A DNA stretch of 64,000 nt, from the NCBI GenBank assembly GCA_043228905.1, contig JBHGNT010000007.1:17422001-17486000 (forward strand), read 5' to 3'. How positions within the stretch are numbered: the stretch's first letter is position 1; each line of letters starts with the position of its first letter. The notes beneath the pieces were generated by a model that did not search any database, had not been told where the DNA came from, and saw nothing but the letters and a program-made list of their open reading frames with translations. Both the position numbers and the translations under genes were made by a program. This stretch comes from Azolla caroliniana (lineage: Eukaryota > Plantae > Polypodiophyta). Positions 1 to 12,720 of this stretch are shown in pieces.

Positions 1-1432
1 AAAAATGTCACTCAAATGCTCGTTGACAGAGCTTGCAAATTCCTTGGTTTGGTTTCCTTCAAGATATGTTTAGAAGGAAAGCCAATCTTTGCAATTACTA
101 TGGGCAGTGGTTGCCTATCCACATTTGAGCTTTGTACACAAAATCATCCAATATTGTGAATGTTTTTCTAATCGGGAAAATTGCCAATTTGGGTGAATCT
201 TGTCGGTGTTCTCTCACTTGCATGTTTAGTGTTTGTCCATATCAATCAAAGGAGCATAATGCATAACACCTCTCCCCCCATCGGAATGAGTTTGTAAAAT
301 GAGTCTTCACCTAGATAATGTCAGTTGAGTAAAATATGGGTGTTTTACTAAATCTTATCCAAGGGAGGTGACTCTTTTGATGAATATGGTAAAACATGCA
401 TATGAAAACATTCGTTTCTTGGGCATTGTTCATTTCGATGTAGAACAAGAAACAAAGTTGGGTGACTATATCAAGAGTGGATGGCGTAGAGAAAGTCCAC
501 AATGAGGGCCATTTCATGAGTTGAGTTCCTATACTACTTGGCAATAGCATGAAGCAATCATTGACAAATTTTCTATGGGGGGGGGGGGGGGGGGGAACAA
601 GGCTAAGAAGGAGACAATGTCCGAGGAAACAGCTTCATTTTAACCTTTGGAATTGTTTATGTATAACTATTTAGTAGCTAGATTTCACCACATTTTAACC
701 GTTCATTTCATTCGACATTCTTTGTAACGCTAATATGCATTTTTTCATCCTTTCTTAATATAATTGACAATCCACACTCACTACCAAGTAGTAAATTTTT
801 TTGTCCACTATTGTGTTGTTAGTAAGGTGAGAGACATGGTGTTTTGTTTCAAATTTTAATATCTTGATGGGCCTCCTCATGGGCTCTCTGAAAAATGCTA
901 AAAACATGTTTCCTTCTCTTTTAGATTGACCTACCAGTTCCATAGGATGCACCATACGTGCATTCGCATTCTCGAATGTTTCAATCATTCGCATAAAGAA
1001 GAAAAACACCCTCAAAGAATGATAAAATACCATACTTTTTGGATTAAATATTTATTATGAGGTAAATAAGCCTAAAAAATGGGGGAAAAAAAAACGAAAA
1101 AAAAACGGGGGAAAAAACAAAACAAAAAAAACACAAGAATGTTTGAATAACATTCGCATTCGTTTTTGAGGTGAAAAAAAGAGCCTCTGTTTTTTTGAGG
1201 TGGGAAAAAAACCCTCTGTTTTTTCTTTTTTTTTCAAAGCTTTTTAACGGCTCTCTTCTCTCGCTCTCTCTCTCTCTCTTCTCTCCTTCTCTCTCTGTTT
1301 CATCTCTGTTTCTCTCTGTGATTGTTGTGCCTTCCTGTGTTTTTGTTTTCCATAGCTCTTTCACAGATTTTCATTCTTTCCTAATAACCCTCCCATCTCT
1401 CTCTCTGCCCTAACTAAGTGGCCTGCCCATAT

Positions 1433-4400
1433 ATGGACCTGCATAATACCCATCACGACTCTCTTTTCTCTCTGTATAAGGCTCATACTGCTCTCGCCCA
1501 GATGATGTCTCAGGTAAAAAAATCTCTCTCTCTCACCGGTCTCTTTTTTTCTTTTTAAAAAAAAATCTGTTTCCACCATTTTTTTTCCCTTTCATTTGAC
1601 CTCTAATGGCTCCATTTCTGTGCCAATTTCCATGTATTGGGGTTTTTCTCTTTCTTTTTCTCTTTGATTTCCTCTGTTTCCACCATTTTTTCCCTTTCTT
1701 TGACCCCTAATGGGTCCATTTTCTGTGCCAATTTCCCTGTATTGGGTTTTTCTCTTTCTTCTTCTATTTGATTTTTCTCTGTTTCCACCATTTTTTCCCT
1801 TTCATTTGACCTCTAATGGCTCCATTTCTGTGCCAATTTCCCTATATTGGGGTTTTTCTCTTTCTTCTTCTCTTTGTTTTTTTCTCTGTTTCCACCATTT
1901 TTTCCCCTTTCTTTGAGCTCTAATGGCTCCATTCCTGTGCCAATTTCCCTGTATTGAGGTTTTCTCTTTCTTTCTTCTTCTCAAGAAACTGCACCTCTGC
2001 AAATTTAGGATTCGCATCCCCGTCAGAGCTTACTCCACATCCCTCTATCAGAGTTAGGGGGTACCGCTCTCCCTTCCATCAAATTACGCTTTCTACACTC
2101 CCCTTCCATCAGATTAGGGTTTCCACTCTCCCTTCAATCAAAGTCTGGCTTTACTCCCCCCCCCCCCCCCCCGCCAAATTGCAGTCTTCAGAAATTTAGG
2201 GTTTACATTGCTCTCTAGATAGTTAGGCTTTTGTCTCTCCCTTTCATTAGACTCAGGGAGTTTTTAGACAATTGCTTTCATCAGAAATAAGATTTATACC
2301 CCGGAAAGAAGAAACCAAAATCCACGCATGATAATTAGGTGTCACAGTCCTATCTGGATAATTATGGTTTTACATTCCTATCGTCATAAACAGGGATTTT
2401 AAGCTCCCTTTCTAACTTGTCTTTTTCAGGTAGATGATATGGTATTGAAGGCTCACAAGATAAGTACTGGTGGACGACAAATCCATGGCCTCGATGTGGT
2501 TGGTTTCTCAGAGTTTCTTTCAGATATGGCATCATCATTACAGGTTTCATCCCTTCATTTTTATTATCATTAGGGAAAAGACCTGGAACCACCCCTATGT
2601 TTTTCTTTCTCTCCCAAAATGCCCCTGTTTTTTCATTATTTCCCCAAACCTCCCCCCAAAAAAGAGAAAGTATACGTGCTCTTTTGATCTCCTTTTTCTC
2701 TATTTCAGGGGGTTTGATCAATTGCGTTTGTGAAATAATGAAAACTTGGGGGCATTCTAATAGAGAATCCTTTGTTTTTTTCACTTAGGCTTCATATGGG
2801 AAAAAACATGAAACTAAGAAAAAGAAAGGTCCTAGTTTGATTTTTGTACGCCATCATATTTACAGTTCTTATCTGATAGACAGATTGCTTATAACTATAG
2901 CTATCTGATTACTCTCTGTTAATGTCTCTTTCTCTCTATGCAATTTTATTGCATTTTGTTTCCCTCCCTATGTCTTGTTTTTATTGCATTGTTAATTGGT
3001 AAGCCTCATTAAGAGTATCTAAAACTCGATTCTTTTGTTGCAGTTTTTATACATTTTCGTGAGTTTTATTTTTCACATTTCTTTTCTCTAAAGAGGCTAT
3101 GGCATAATGCAGGAATGGGTTCCTCAGTTGGAGAAGGCTATGTTGAGAACAGAGGAACATGTTAAGAAGAATAAGGATTTGATGTCACCATCATTGAAAG
3201 ATAAGGGAGGTGGGCAGAAACTCACAGAGAATGTGGAGAAAAATCTCAACAATATGAAGACATTCAATGCAGAAACTGATGCATGTATAGTTGAAGAAGA
3301 AAAAGAAGAAGATGAAGACAATGAGCAAGAACAAGGAGATTGGACTCTCAGTAACTCACCATTAGTACCGTATCTTGATAGGATGCAGTTTTTCATGCTT
3401 ACACCAATGGCGAAGTATAAGAAAGCATTGTCAGAACCTTCACGAAAAGTCTCGGCCAAGGCCATGGGAACCATCCCTTATGTCACTGCCAAATTATCAC
3501 AGAAGAAATGTGAAGAGAGCGTGGAAATCATGCCACCTATATTTACCTCTATTAAGGAAAACATCTCAAACGATTTAGAATCATCATCTATACATGACGT
3601 GAAGAAGGATCTCCCACGAAGCTCAGTTAAATGTAATTCCAATTTCTTGGAAGATGATGGTCTTTGTTCAGATCTTTCATCCATGCTCCTCCTAACTCCC
3701 CAAATCAGAGCTCCATTGTATAGGCAATTGAGTGCAGATAGTACGATATCAGATTCACCGATACATTTATGCGAAGAATTTCATGAACAGGAGGGTTCAA
3801 TAGAAATGCGACCCATTACTTCAGAAAATGCAAAGCATCAGGCGTGTGTTGTGGAGAATGTTAACACTTCTTTACCCCCACAGAGCCTAGTAAAAAGGTA
3901 TTCACAGGGCAATGATATTGTAGACTCATCATACAAGCAAGTATCATCAGATAGTACCGGAACCATAATGTCCTCCAGCATGCCAGATTCAGCATTAAGT
4001 TTATGCAAGAGTTTTGAAGAGAGTGTCGTAGAAACCCTAGCTATGGCAGCCTTCGCAACACCCACAAATGCTAACCAACGTAACTATCGAGTAAAAAATG
4101 GAACTCCTTTCCCTCATCGAAGTCTAATGAAAAGATATTCAAACTTGATAGGATATGGAGGGAAAACTGCTGATTCAATAGGTGGGGAAACACCTACCCC
4201 TATTGAAGATACAGTCTCGTCTCCAATACCAGATTCTATATTACATTTGGACAAAGCTTTGGAGAATAAGTCCTCAGAGGTTCCCGTTGCTGCTACTCCA
4301 ATACATGTGAAGCATCAAGAAAGTATGTCAGATAATGCCACTCCCTTGCCTCCACAAAGCTTAGTAAAAAGGTACTCAAATTTCTTTGGATCCAATGACA

Positions 4401-5445
4401 CGTTAGAAGATTCATCACCCAATTTTCTATGCTCTTCTATTGTAAATGAAAATGAAGACTCAGTGCACCAATCCGTTGTTCTCAAGGATGAGAAAGAGAA
4501 TGAAGAGGAAGAGACATATACAGTGCTCAGTCCAGTAGAACAATGTCTTCAGCTTCGTACTTCCGATACTATGGATGTGGCCACACCATTGCCTCCTCAA
4601 AGCTTGATGAAACGTTATTCTCGATTTCTATGCGAGGATGAAGATTCAAGTGATTCAGAATTACCCCTCACTCCTATGCTCGCCATTTCTCCACCCAAGA
4701 CTTGTGTACTCATGAGGCCTAATCAAATCAATGCCATGCTGAATCCGAAACAAAGGCTTAGCAATGATAACTCAGTTTTGATGACACCAGGTGAGTTTAC
4801 AGGTACTACCTGTCTGTGACAATATTACAACATCTATAATATTAAATTCCCAAATCATGAAAGGCTGGAGATAGGATTTACTAAGGCATAACATTATATT
4901 TGGTCATGCAACCTCACCCTGAGCTTGCCTTTGGATGTTCTAATTTTACAGCACCTGTGGGGGAAAAGGCATTGGACGATGCATCCTATGAAGACATGGA
5001 CCTAACAAACTTGAAGAAACCCAATCAGCACCTCCAAAGGCACCTTGAAGCTACGAGAGGAGTCACTCCATCATCAGACATGCAGGTCTTAACTATAACC
5101 AAACCTCATCCTATCAAAAGGAGCCCCTTAGTAGAACTACAGTTCTCCACAATGAAGAAAGCAGGGGTTCCTCTACCAGGTGAGCAAACATTAAAGAGAG
5201 AGTTGTGGAGCAGGATGGAGGCAGAGTTTTGTAATATGGAAAATGTATGCAAATCATTATTTACAGACACACTACCACCACCACCACCACCCCCACCACA
5301 GGATGCCACTATAGGCCGTTCCAATGTTGAAAATAGGAATCCAAACTCCAAGGTAAACACAATAGCCATGAAGCCAACCGAGGGAAGACGTTTTCTTGCA
5401 AGATGTCCCCAAAGAAGACAAGTATCAATCAACAAACGGGTATGA
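1433..5445 (+). CDS. Uncharacterised ~788-aa plant protein, S/T-P rich, with four internal repeats; exons 1433-1513, 2430-2543, 3113-4790, 4952-5445
   Basis: Hand-spliced model with GT..AG at all three introns and consistent phases (81+114+1678+494=2367 nt). It joins MDLHNTHH..MMSQ / VDDMVLKAH..FSEFLSDMASSLQ / EWVPQLEKAM.. (the 570-aa ORF) / APVGEK..GEQTLKRELWSRMEA..KRV*. Function not recognised. Confidence 0.8.
1566..1980. repeat. ~106-bp tandem repeat, 4 copies, in intron 1
   Basis: TCTGTTTCCACCATTTTTTCCC..CTAATGGCTCCATTTCTGTGCCAATTTCC..TATTGGG recurs at ~1566, 1673, 1777 and 1885. Confidence 0.9.
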
Positions 5446-7319
5446 TTACTTGACAAGTACTTCTTTGTATACTCATTGCAACTCCATATGTTGTGTTTGG
5501 GTATCATGATTGTGGTAGAAGAGAAGAGGATTCCAAAAAGGAAGATCATCACACACTTTGTGATCGAAGAGGATTTCTAAATAAATACTGCATCATAAAT
5601 ATCCATATTTGTAAATGCTATCTAACTTCACCCTCCTACTAGTGATATTTGAGTCGCTGCGTATTCATGTTGTATTTGTAGCTTGATCTTGTAACATTTT
5701 GGTGCACTATGGGTTTCAAAGATGACAATCAAAAGCTTTGTGGTTGGTGAGGATTTATTTGACCGTACTCTGCTGGAAATCCTGTTGTACAGTATTTTAT
5801 GTTCTCTAACTTTGCTCTCGAACTAGTGATGCGTTTACTTCCAATTGACGAGGATTGACAAGGATGTCACTGTACTCTGCTGCGATTAATGTAAATATTG
5901 ATCTTTGGGATGCCCATCTAACTTTACTCGTACAAGTAAATGCTAACTGCTTGATTTTCATGATTGTTTCCTAATGATTTAGTGAAGGCATTTCCCTTTC
6001 ATGCATTAGGAAGCTCTGAAGTACTACTATATATTTATTATTCAGTCAGAAATGTTGCCACTAGCACTTTTGTTTAGCACTAGATAGCCATCTGTCATTC
6101 AAATAAAATCTACACTGTTTATATTATAATATAAAATTGATTCTTAGCAGGCACTGAAATGAACTAATGTTGAGTGATTAAATCAGTTAACAAGGTATTG
6201 ATAAGTTTATTAGTGTATTCAGTTTCATAATGTGGTCATATTGCCATTATTTGCCATATAATGACTTAAAAAAACTTCATGAATAATCCAGTAAAAAATA
6301 TAGCATTCCAATATGTGCAAATCAGTTTGGTGTTTCAGCCCATTGGAATTGGTGTATTGCAGTTTAATAACGTGGAGATGAAGCCATCATTTAGCAGATA
6401 ATAAGTAAAACAATCCATGTATAATCCAGTAAAAAATAGTTCATTCCAAGATGTGCAAACTATTTTGGTAAGGTGGTTGGTTTGTACGACTCCACAATGC
6501 ACAACTCATATTGACATCTATGAAAAAATCAAGACATATTAGGCACCACTAATAAGTTGATTATTCAATGCATCGTAAGCTTGGACAATCAACGGCATAT
6601 ACTGCAAAAGAGGTGAATGTTCATTTTATAGAATTTGTTTGTTGTGGCATGGTCATTCTGTCTATGGCCTCCTTGCCATGAGTTCCATTAGGAAAGTCGG
6701 TCAAGAGATTTGAACTGCTGTATAATATATGTTATGTGCTACATCTTTCGCAATATGTCATCATACTTATTCTGATGAGGTCTGGTCTGATGAGCGCCTC
6801 CCCACAACCAAAATCAGATACAGTTGTCTCATTCAAATGCAATGTATTTTCACCAAAATCACATTGCAAGTGTTCTAATAAGTTATATGTACTATCTACA
6901 GAGGATTTACAGCATCACCATCTTCTGGAAAGGAATGACTGCATTTTACATGTTTTAAGAAGTTTCTCCACATTTGGCTGCATCATATGAACATGTACTG
7001 AGAACTTCATTGAATTGTTTCATGGCATTGATGAAAAAAACCTTTGTTAATTGACAGTACACACATTTTCCTTTGTGAATGATTAACAGATGATGCTATT
7101 TCCACAACCGAAAACATTTTCATACAGCTTTCCCATTGAATCATTTGAACATGTACGGAGTACTTTTCCAAATTCTTTTTTCCTTTCTATTGATGAAACA
7201 AACCTTCCTTACCAACAGGTTTTGTTGTCAATCAAATAGACTTTGTTTTATCCTTTGTTTGGCAATATAACCGAATATATCTAACCCTCCTGAGCCAAAC
7301 AGTACTAAAGAGAAGCAAT

Positions 7320-9140
7320 TCAATCTGTGGCTAACAATGGATGACCAATACCTGACTTACACCAAGCTTCTTTTTGTATTCTCAATGCCTCCACCTTCTC
7401 AGCATTCTCTTGCAGACCAGCATCGGCATATATGTTATACATACATATGTAAGCGGAGTCATCTGTTTCATCCAACTTCACAGCATGTTGAAAGGCTTGT
7501 TCACTAATTTCTACATTACCCAGCATTCTACAAGCACCCAATAACGTATGCCACAATCTAAGGTCTGGATTAAGGGGCATTTTCTCAATCATTTCTACTG
7601 CCTCCTCTAATTGGCCAGCTCTGCCAAGAAGATCAACCATACAATTATAGTGTTCAATGGTAGGGATAATACCATAATCTCTACACATCAACTTAAAACA
7701 TGCTTGACCTTTCCTTACAAGACCTCTATGACTACAAGCACTTAACAGAATGAGGAATGTAACAAGGTTTGGAAATACTCCCAACTCTATCATTTCCTTC
7801 AAAATGATGCAGACATCTGAGGCTTCTCCAATTTGGGCATAACCTGCAATCAATGATGTCCATGTGATTATGTTACGATCTGGTATCTTATTGAACACTT
7901 TTTGAGCTTCAGAAAGTAAACCACACTTTGCATACATATCAACCAAAGCATTCCCAACTCGTATGTTCTTGCTAAGCAACTTTTGTTTACTAACTTCCAA
8001 ATGTATTTGTTGGCCTTTGCTAGTGCTACCAATGGCTCCACAAGCTTTTAAACTACATACGAATGTGGCAGCATTAGGCAATATTCCAGTGTATTTCATT
8101 TCTTCAAGGCAGTTCAATGCTTCCTCGCCATAGCCATGATCTGCATAGCCTCCAATGAGAGAAGTCCATGAAACTACATCTTTAACCGGAAGCATTTCAA
8201 ACACGTCTTGTGCTTTGTCTAAGAAACCCATTTTTGCATATACATCCAGAAGTGTGCTCCCAAGCTGAACATTTGTCCTCAATAACCCTTGCCTAGAAAT
8301 CTCAGCATGAATTTCTTCACACTGTTCTATGTCCCTTACGATGCCACATGCTTTCAAAGCAGAAAGAAATGAGACGGGATTTGGGAAAACGCCCTCATCT
8401 TTATGCTTCATTTCTTTAAAATACATCAAAGCTTCTTTTCCATGGCCATGGCTAACATAACCTGCAATGAGTGTATTCCAAGATACAACATTTCGTATCT
8501 GTAGATCATCAAACACTTGATGAGCTCTTGCAAGAGATCCGCATTTTGCATACATACTAATCAATGCATTTCCAACAAATAGGTGGTTTTCATTTTCAAG
8601 CAAACCCTTTTGTGCAATATCGACATGTAGCTCATAACCTGTCTCGATGTCTTTCATCTCGCCGCATGCTTTAAGGAGACATGAAAACACGCAAGGAAGT
8701 AAAAGCAAATTATTGTTTACTGATTCTGATTCTGTTTGTATTGACGATTGGCGGTAGAGATGGAGAGCTTTCTTGGGTTGCCCATGGTTAATATAAGATG
8801 TGAGGAGGGCATTCCAAGGGGCGTTATTATTATCGATTGGCTGAGGAAGCAATCGATCAAAAACTTGCTGAGCAAGAGAAGGGGAACCAAGCCGAGAGAA
8901 GGTTAGAACAAGTTGGTTTGCAAAGAGGGGTTGAAGATCAAGGCCATTGTTGCACATGTAAAGATGTAGATGTGAAGCAGAGGCGCGGTCTCCGGTGGTT
9001 TTGCAGGCATGGAGGAGGTTTCCAAGGTCATCATGAGAGGGTAAAAGGAGAGGTTTCTGAGATTCTGCAACAGAAGAAGAAGAAGAAGAAGAAGAAGAAG
9101 AAGAAGAAGAAGAGAGGGTCTTCTCTAAGAGAAGCAGCAT
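7320..9140 (-). CDS. PLS-class PPR protein, E subgroup (putative organellar RNA-editing specificity factor, no DYW domain)
   Basis: Intronless 606-aa ORF with repeated NALISMYAKCG / VVSWNTLIAGY / TFVCSLKACG motifs, EHYNCMVDLLGRAG and an E domain (WHTLLGACR..AYICMYNIYA). It stops at the PG-box position. The N-terminal poly-Ser comes from a (TCT)n microsatellite. Confidence 0.93.
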   Translation of the reverse strand: MLLLLEKTLSSSSSSSSSSSSSSVAESQKPLLLPSHDDLGNLLHACKTTGDRASASHLHLYMCNNGLDLQPLFANQLVLTFSRLGSPSLAQQVFDRLLPQPIDNNNAPWNALLTSYINHGQPKKALHLYRQSSIQTESESVNNNLLLLPCVFSCLLKACGEMKDIETGYELHVDIAQKGLLENENHLFVGNALISMYAKCGSLARAHQVFDDLQIRNVVSWNTLIAGYVSHGHGKEALMYFKEMKHKDEGVFPNPVSFLSALKACGIVRDIEQCEEIHAEISRQGLLRTNVQLGSTLLDVYAKMGFLDKAQDVFEMLPVKDVVSWTSLIGGYADHGYGEEALNCLEEMKYTGILPNAATFVCSLKACGAIGSTSKGQQIHLEVSKQKLLSKNIRVGNALVDMYAKCGLLSEAQKVFNKIPDRNIITWTSLIAGYAQIGEASDVCIILKEMIELGVFPNLVTFLILLSACSHRGLVRKGQACFKLMCRDYGIIPTIEHYNCMVDLLGRAGQLEEAVEMIEKMPLNPDLRLWHTLLGACRMLGNVEISEQAFQHAVKLDETDDSAYICMYNIYADAGLQENAEKVEALRIQKEAWCKSGIGHPLLATD

Positions 9141-9589
9141 GAGGATATAACATCATAAGAAAGGATCAGAGAAAGGAGAACCAAATTGGGTGAAGAAGAA
9201 AGGCTTTTAGGGGTATTCTTCATAAATACCCAAAACAGGGTAGGGGGCAAATCTGCAATTAAATTATAAATATACACAAGAAGAAGAAGAAGAAGAAGAA
9301 GAAGAAGAAGAAGGGATCATTTGGTGAACATACAGGAGAAAGGTAGAGGTGGGTTAGTGGTGGGTGGAATGTGGAAGCCTAAGAAGAGTTTTAAACGAGT
9401 AATCGGGTAGCTGCTCCACGTGATCCTTTCCATCTGCCTGTTTTGCCTTAATGACTATTCTATTAGTTTTTTTCTTCTGTGACATACTCTCTTTCGCCTT
9501 GCTCTATCTCTGTCTTGTCTATGTGTGTGTGTGTGTGTGTGTGTAGCCTCTACATGAAGGTGGAGATGTAAATAATATGAACAATTATC

Positions 9590-10600
9590 AAACCATCGTG
9601 GGGTTGCCTCACTCATAGCAATTTACTATTTGGCTGTATAGTAGAATCAAAGAAAAGTTGGTGCATGGCCTGGGAAAAAAATGGTGTGAAAGCTCATGGA
9701 CAAGTCGGCTTTCGAAAACACCACAACGTCAATATTGATCACCTCATCACGCTTCAAGTATCAAAGGAAGAACATCACACGAGAGGTCGGGGTTTATATT
9801 GTTGCTTAGTACACTTCAAGAAAGACTTTTATATGGTACCTTGAGAACATCTATGGAGGCACATGGAAACACTCGGGTGCCGAGTGAATGATTTCTTGAA
9901 TCTATGAGTAGGTTATATATGTTGTGTGTGTGTGTGTGTGTGGACAATGAATTTCAGGTTTTTCCAAATATGACTATTGGTGTTAAACAATGATGCCCAT
10001 CCTCACTAACTCTGTTTGGTTTATGCATTAATGAATTAGAGAAAATGGTTACTAAGTTTTTAAAGTAATAAAACATTGAAGAATTTGTCATTGGGAATGT
10101 GGTGGTCATCATGCTTTTGTTGTATGCAAATGATATAGTGCTTTTTGCAAATGCTTTAGGAGATGCGCAAAAGCTTATGAGGGCATTGGAAGAGATTCAC
10201 ATGCATATTACTAAGTTGAATGTCAATAGCTCTAAAACAAATATCATGTTTGTGAATAGCTAATATCAAGCTAAACCATGCATTATGTTCAATAACGAGC
10301 CACTTGAAATTGTGGAAAGTTTTACATACTTTGGCCTTGAAGTTCCTTCAAATCACCGATAAAATGAATGTGCAAGGAAATGGAGCATATTATGCAGTTG
10401 AGAAGACATGCAACCATGGAAAAATTAAGTGTTGGGTCCTCAAGAAATATATTTTCAACAATTTGGTGACACAAGTGCTTTTCTATGGGCTGAAGTATGG
10501 GGCACTGACATCCATAAGTCCACTTGGGAAGAGTTTGAAAATGTCCAAAAACATTTTCTCACGAACTTTCTCCAAGTCAAGAAATAAGCATGGTTACCTC
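9590..10600 (+). mobile_element. Degenerate LINE reverse-transcriptase fragment
   Basis: Broken frames give GQVGFRKHH..IDHLITL, CLVHFKK.F.MVP and MLLLYANDIVLF (YADD-like), with many stops and frameshifts. Confidence 0.7.
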
Positions 10601-11875
10601 CATGTTTCTTGATATTTGCATGATTAGTCCTTTGCTTTTGTATCATCTTGTTGGAGCTAGAAACACTCAAATCATAGCCCCTTGTCTCTAATGATACATT
10701 TGGCTTCCTCTTCCCAATAATTTCTTGACTAATAAGTATCACAACATCGGAAAATGCTATTGAGGTTATGTTTCGCTTACTTTAGGCCACGAAAAGGGGC
10801 CAATTGGGCCCCTCAAACAAGATGGATTCTAAACATGGATCTCAAACCTAGTTTCTCATGCCAATTGGAGGATAGATTTAGTGCATCCATGTGGAGGCTC
10901 AAGTGCGACCAACCTAATTCCGAACCTGCCTGGCTTAGTCAAAGCATCCAATGGAACCCATGTATCAAAGATGAATCTAATCAACTAATTGGCTCAAGTA
11001 AGGGATTGTCATGGGGATACATTGTAGAAGGTCCAAGAAAGAGTGTAGAATGTTGGAGATGGTTTATGTCATTGCCAATACAAGATCAAGCCAACATACT
11101 CCATGGAATCATGGACGGGTGGTATAGATCCCAATCTGATCAAAGTACAACCAGAATGGCACATGTGTACTCATGAGAAGACATGGTTACGTAAGGTCAG
11201 TTGGGACACTTTGCAATGGATGTGGCAAGATCCTTGTGCAGGTCAAGGAAGCAAAACCATCCCTTTCTTCCAATTCACAACTAGATATGTCTCCTTAAAG
11301 GGCTAGCTTTTATGTGGTCACATACTTGTTTTTTATTTGGGGTATTTGTAAATCTAGTTAACATAATCTATGTGTTGAGAATCAAACTCAACCTAAGTCT
11401 AGTGTGTGAACACACCTTTCTTAAGAATGTATGAACACTCAAAGGTCAAAGGTCACCACTATTTTCTTACATTAACTATGTGTCATAAGAATCATATTCT
11501 ATGACACATAACTAATGAGTTTCCACATTCCCCATGACACATAAGCTTCTATCGTTGCTAGAGAGTGAGTAAGTGGTTTAGTGAGAGGGTGACCTTATAT
11601 AAAGCACCCTCCTCCTACTTTGTACCGTCGGTTAATCTTCCATGTAATGTTATTATCCTTGTACTTGCTATTCTCTGTTCCATGTCAATATACATCTTGG
11701 AGTATTCTATTTTGCTATCTATCTTGTGTCTCCCCTCTCTCCTCTTTCACACACACATAACACACATCTCTAATCTATTCCATGGCATAGAATCACTCTC
11801 AATTCTTTACACTATAAAATGTGAATCGTTAAATAGTTGCATAAGTGATATTTTTGTTACAATTAATAGAAAATA

Positions 11876-12190
11876 GGGAAAAGTACCAGGATACCCCTGG
11901 AAGTTTGTCTATTTACCAAAATGCCCCTGAAAGTTCCAAATTTACCAAACTACCCCTATGTCCAAAAAATTACACTTTATAAAGTAATTATACACACTCA
12001 AATCTACAAGCCCTATTTACCAAAGATGAAAGAAATGGAGCCAAACTAGCCCTATTTACCAAATGTTTGAGTGTATAATTACTTTATAAAGTGTAATTTT
12101 TTGGACATAGGGGTAGTTTGGTAAATTTGGAACTTCCATGGGCATTATGGTAAATAGATGAACTTCCAGGGGTATCCTGGTACTTTTCCC
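11876..12190. mobile_element. Mutator-like MITE, 315 bp
   Basis: ~125-bp near-perfect TIRs starting GGGAAAAGTACCAGG and ending CCTGGTACTTTTCCC. The 9-bp flanks are TAGAAAATA / TAGAAAAAA (8/9 match). Confidence 0.88.
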
Positions 12191-12439
12191 TAGAAAAAAT
12201 AGATTTTGAAATACAACAATGCAAAATTTAGTGGGATCTCTGATTCTCTGGGTAACTGCTATGATGGATAAGAACTTCATGTAGAGATTCGATACTGATA
12301 GTTTGAAACAAAAGGTCTCATTAAAGGTCACCACTTATACGGTGATGTTTCTACATGGATTTCATCATATGACTTGTTTGGATCTAATAAATCGACTTAA
12401 GTTCATCTACATAATGTGAAGAATTATATTCTCACAAAA

Positions 12440-12720
12440 CTAATCATTCGTTTATGATAATAAATCAACCAAATAATATAATTTGTTATGCACAAATTTG
12501 GAATCCAAAATAGCTTCCACCTTGTATTCTAGACCCTCAACAAACTCAAGAGAATGTGGAGATAAAAAACAATTTGAATTAGAGCTCGAAGAATAAGGTT
12601 GCAAAAGGGATACATGGAACAATGGATGAAGATGCATATGAGGAGGGAGAACGAGAAGAAATGTGACTTCATTGATCTAGTCAAAGATTCTATATGGAGC
12701 AAGATGTTGTTATCCAACTT
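12440..12720 (-). mobile_element. Chromovirus integrase tail / chromodomain relic
   Basis: MHLHPLFHVSLLQPY..YKVEAILDSKFVHNKLYYLVD closely matches the chromodomain region at 58557-58841. Confidence 0.8.

Noticed and set aside
3124-5552. Antisense ORFs over the first gene, and likewise over the Copia and the 52-54 kb ORF
   Set aside because: They are shadow frames of the coding strand with no independent evidence.
10620-11800. 140-aa ORF at 10754 and adjacent LTR-like DNA
   Set aside because: Probably the antisense of a decayed gag/protease region. No paired LTR or TSD was found, so it was not annotated.
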